The notes under the pieces: generated by a model
The model's input: only the letters and a program-made list of their open reading frames with translations
Databases searched by the model: none
Told to the model about the DNA's origin: nothing
Shown: positions 62,439-64,000 of the stretch, in pieces
Numbering within the stretch: the stretch's first letter is position 1
How the letters are laid out: each line of letters starts with the position of its first letter
From: an uncultured Gemmatimonadales bacterium
GTDB taxonomy: Bacteria > Gemmatimonadota > Gemmatimonadetes > Longimicrobiales > RSA9
NCBI GenBank assembly: GCA_963816355.1
Contig: CAWFKH010000003.1
Location: 544,001 to 608,000 of the forward strand
Direction: 5' to 3'
DNA: 64,000 nucleotides
Program-made: the position numbers and the translations under genes

Positions 62439-62882
62439 ATGCCGAGACGATTCGCGCCGCTGCTCCTCGCGCTGCTGCTGGGCGCCTGCGCCTCTTCACC
62501 GCCGCGCCCGCTGGCGAGCGGCTCCGGTGCGCCGCGCGTCGAGCCGTCGCTCGCGCTCGAGCGCTTCCTGCGCGCCGTCAACGCGCGCGACCTGCAGACA
62601 ATGGCGCAGCTCTTCGGCACCGAGGACGGCTCGATCACGCGCCAGGAGCCGGCTCCGGACGTCGAGCGGCGCATGTTCGCCCTGGCGCGCCTGCTCCGGC
62701 ACTCCGACTACCACGTGAAGGGGCAGCAGATCGTGCCGGGCCGCCTGGGCGGCGCCGTGCAGCTGCTGGTCGAGCTGGACCTCGCCGACCGCCCCGTGAC
62801 GGTGCCGTTCACGCTCGTCCGCACCGGCGCCGGAGACTGGCTCGTCGAGGAGATCGACATCGACCCGATCCTCTCGCACTGA
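62439..62882 (+). CDS. Hypothetical lipoprotein
   Basis: MPRRFAPLLLALLLGAC lipobox. Confidence 0.78.
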   Translation: MPRRFAPLLLALLLGACASSPPRPLASGSGAPRVEPSLALERFLRAVNARDLQTMAQLFGTEDGSITRQEPAPDVERRMFALARLLRHSDYHVKGQQIVPGRLGGAVQLLVELDLADRPVTVPFTLVRTGAGDWLVEEIDIDPILSH

Positions 62883-62886
62883 GGAG

Positions 62887-63315
62887 CTACGCCGCGCCGA
62901 CCTCGACGAGCTCGGTGAGCACGCCGCCGCTCGAGCGCGGGTGCAGGAAGGCGACGCGGTGGCCGCCCGCGCCGGGGCGCGGCTCGCGGTCGATCGGTTC
63001 GACGCCCGCCGCTTGCAGCCGGCGCAGCGCAGCGGCGACGTCGGCCACGCGATAGGCGATGTGGTGCAGTCCCGGCCCGCGGCGCTCGAGGAAGCGGCCG
63101 ATCGGCGAGTCGCGGCGCAGCGGCTCCAGGAGCTCGAGGCGGCCGGGGCCGTCTCCGACGAAGACGACGCGCACGCCCTGCGACTCGATCGTCTCCGGCG
63201 CGGAACCAATGGCGCCGCTGAGGAGTTCGAATCTGGGGAGCGCTTCGTCGATGGAAGCGACCGCGATCCCAATGTGGTCGAGTGGGAGTGGGGAAGGGGG
63301 CGGGTTGGATTCCAT
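62887..63315 (-). CDS. mce: Methylmalonyl-CoA epimerase (VOC fold)
   Basis: DHIGIAV, LELLEP, GPGLHHIA, FLHPRSSGGVLTEL. Confidence 0.92.
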   Translation of the reverse strand: MESNPPPSPLPLDHIGIAVASIDEALPRFELLSGAIGSAPETIESQGVRVVFVGDGPGRLELLEPLRRDSPIGRFLERRGPGLHHIAYRVADVAAALRRLQAAGVEPIDREPRPGAGGHRVAFLHPRSSGGVLTELVEVGAA

Positions 63316-63449
63316 GCGGAAGCGTCGCGGTCGGCCGGGTTCTTGCAAACTTGAGCCGGGCAGACGAACTTCCCGGATCGACCCGAAAAGCTAACACGCC
63401 CGAGGGTCCCGGGCCACGACCTGACGGCCGAGCCGAGGTGGGGTACGAG

Positions 63450-63785
63450 ATGGCCGAGAACGGCAAGACGATACAGGTGACGGACGGCGATTTCGCCGAA
63501 AAGGTGGAGAAGGCGGAGGGCCTCGCCCTCGTGGACTTCTGGGCCGAGTGGTGCGGCCCCTGCAAGATGGTGGCGCCCATCGTCGAGCAGCTCGCCGGCG
63601 AGTACGAGGGCAAGCTGACCGTCGCCAAGCTGGATGTGGACGAGAACCAGCGCACCGCGATGCGCTTCAACGTGCGCTCGATCCCGAGCATCCTCTTCTT
63701 CAAGGATGGCCGCCTGGTCGACACCGTGGTGGGCGCCGTGCCGAAGCCGCACCTGGAGCGCAAGATCCAGGAGCACCTGAGCTAG
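63450..63785 (+). CDS. trxA: Thioredoxin
   Basis: DFWAEWCGPCK. Confidence 0.97.
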   Translation: MAENGKTIQVTDGDFAEKVEKAEGLALVDFWAEWCGPCKMVAPIVEQLAGEYEGKLTVAKLDVDENQRTAMRFNVRSIPSILFFKDGRLVDTVVGAVPKPHLERKIQEHLS

Positions 63786-63908
63786 CACCGGACGCGCGCG
63801 GCGCGGGCGCGGGCTGCGCCTTCCGCGGCCCGCGCCCGCGCGGTCGCGCCGCGCCGCCGCAGCCGGCGTCGCCTCCTCGCCCCGTAGCACTCCCTTCGCC
63901 CTGCACGG

Positions 63909-64000
63909 ATGGGCACGCTCTACATCGTCAGCACGCCGATCGGCCATCTCGCCGACGTCACCTACCGCGCCGTCGACACGCTGCGCGCCGCCGACCACAT
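63909..64000 (+). CDS. rsmI: 16S rRNA C1402 2'-O-methyltransferase (partial, runs off the window)
   Basis: [21 protein letters not shown]. Confidence 0.85.
   Translation, partial: MGTLYIVSTPIGHLADVTYRAVDTLRAADH

Overview
Very GC-rich bacterial core-genome window; gene content and sequence style suggest Gemmatimonadota (inference, not a database result). Gene order: rplM-rpsI-rpsB-tsf-pyrH-frr-cdsA-dxr-rseP; a minus-strand receiver/ManC-like/GlmU-like/MBL operon; lipoprotein-serS-histidine kinase-pcrA-gatCAB; a minus-strand PII-like/cation:H+ antiporter/nitrilase/degenerate NadE/YtxH/Zn-PLC operon; murA-coiled coil-pgeF-4Cys protein-OsmC-like; rimP-nusA-L7Ae-infB-DUF503-rbfA-truB-ribF-rpsO-pnp-M16-ald-dut; mreBCD-rodA-accD-folC-hisS-proS-lysA-guaA; ABC permease, M14 peptidase, clpB, mce, trxA and partial rsmI. 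No mobile element, tRNA, rRNA or cas gene was seen. Strongest unannotated signal: an OsmC-like gene (28478-28951) whose first catalytic Cys codon is an in-frame TGA followed by a SECIS-like hairpin, i.e. a probable selenoprotein, coupled to a small 4-Cys ORF. Also notable: a NadE-like pseudo-enzyme beside an intact nitrilase in a PII-like/antiporter operon, absence of mrdA and uppS from their usual loci, Asp-type MurA, probable CTG/ACG starts, a sigma54 site plus palindrome before clpB, and a repeat cluster upstream of rplM. All calls are by eye, with no searches run.
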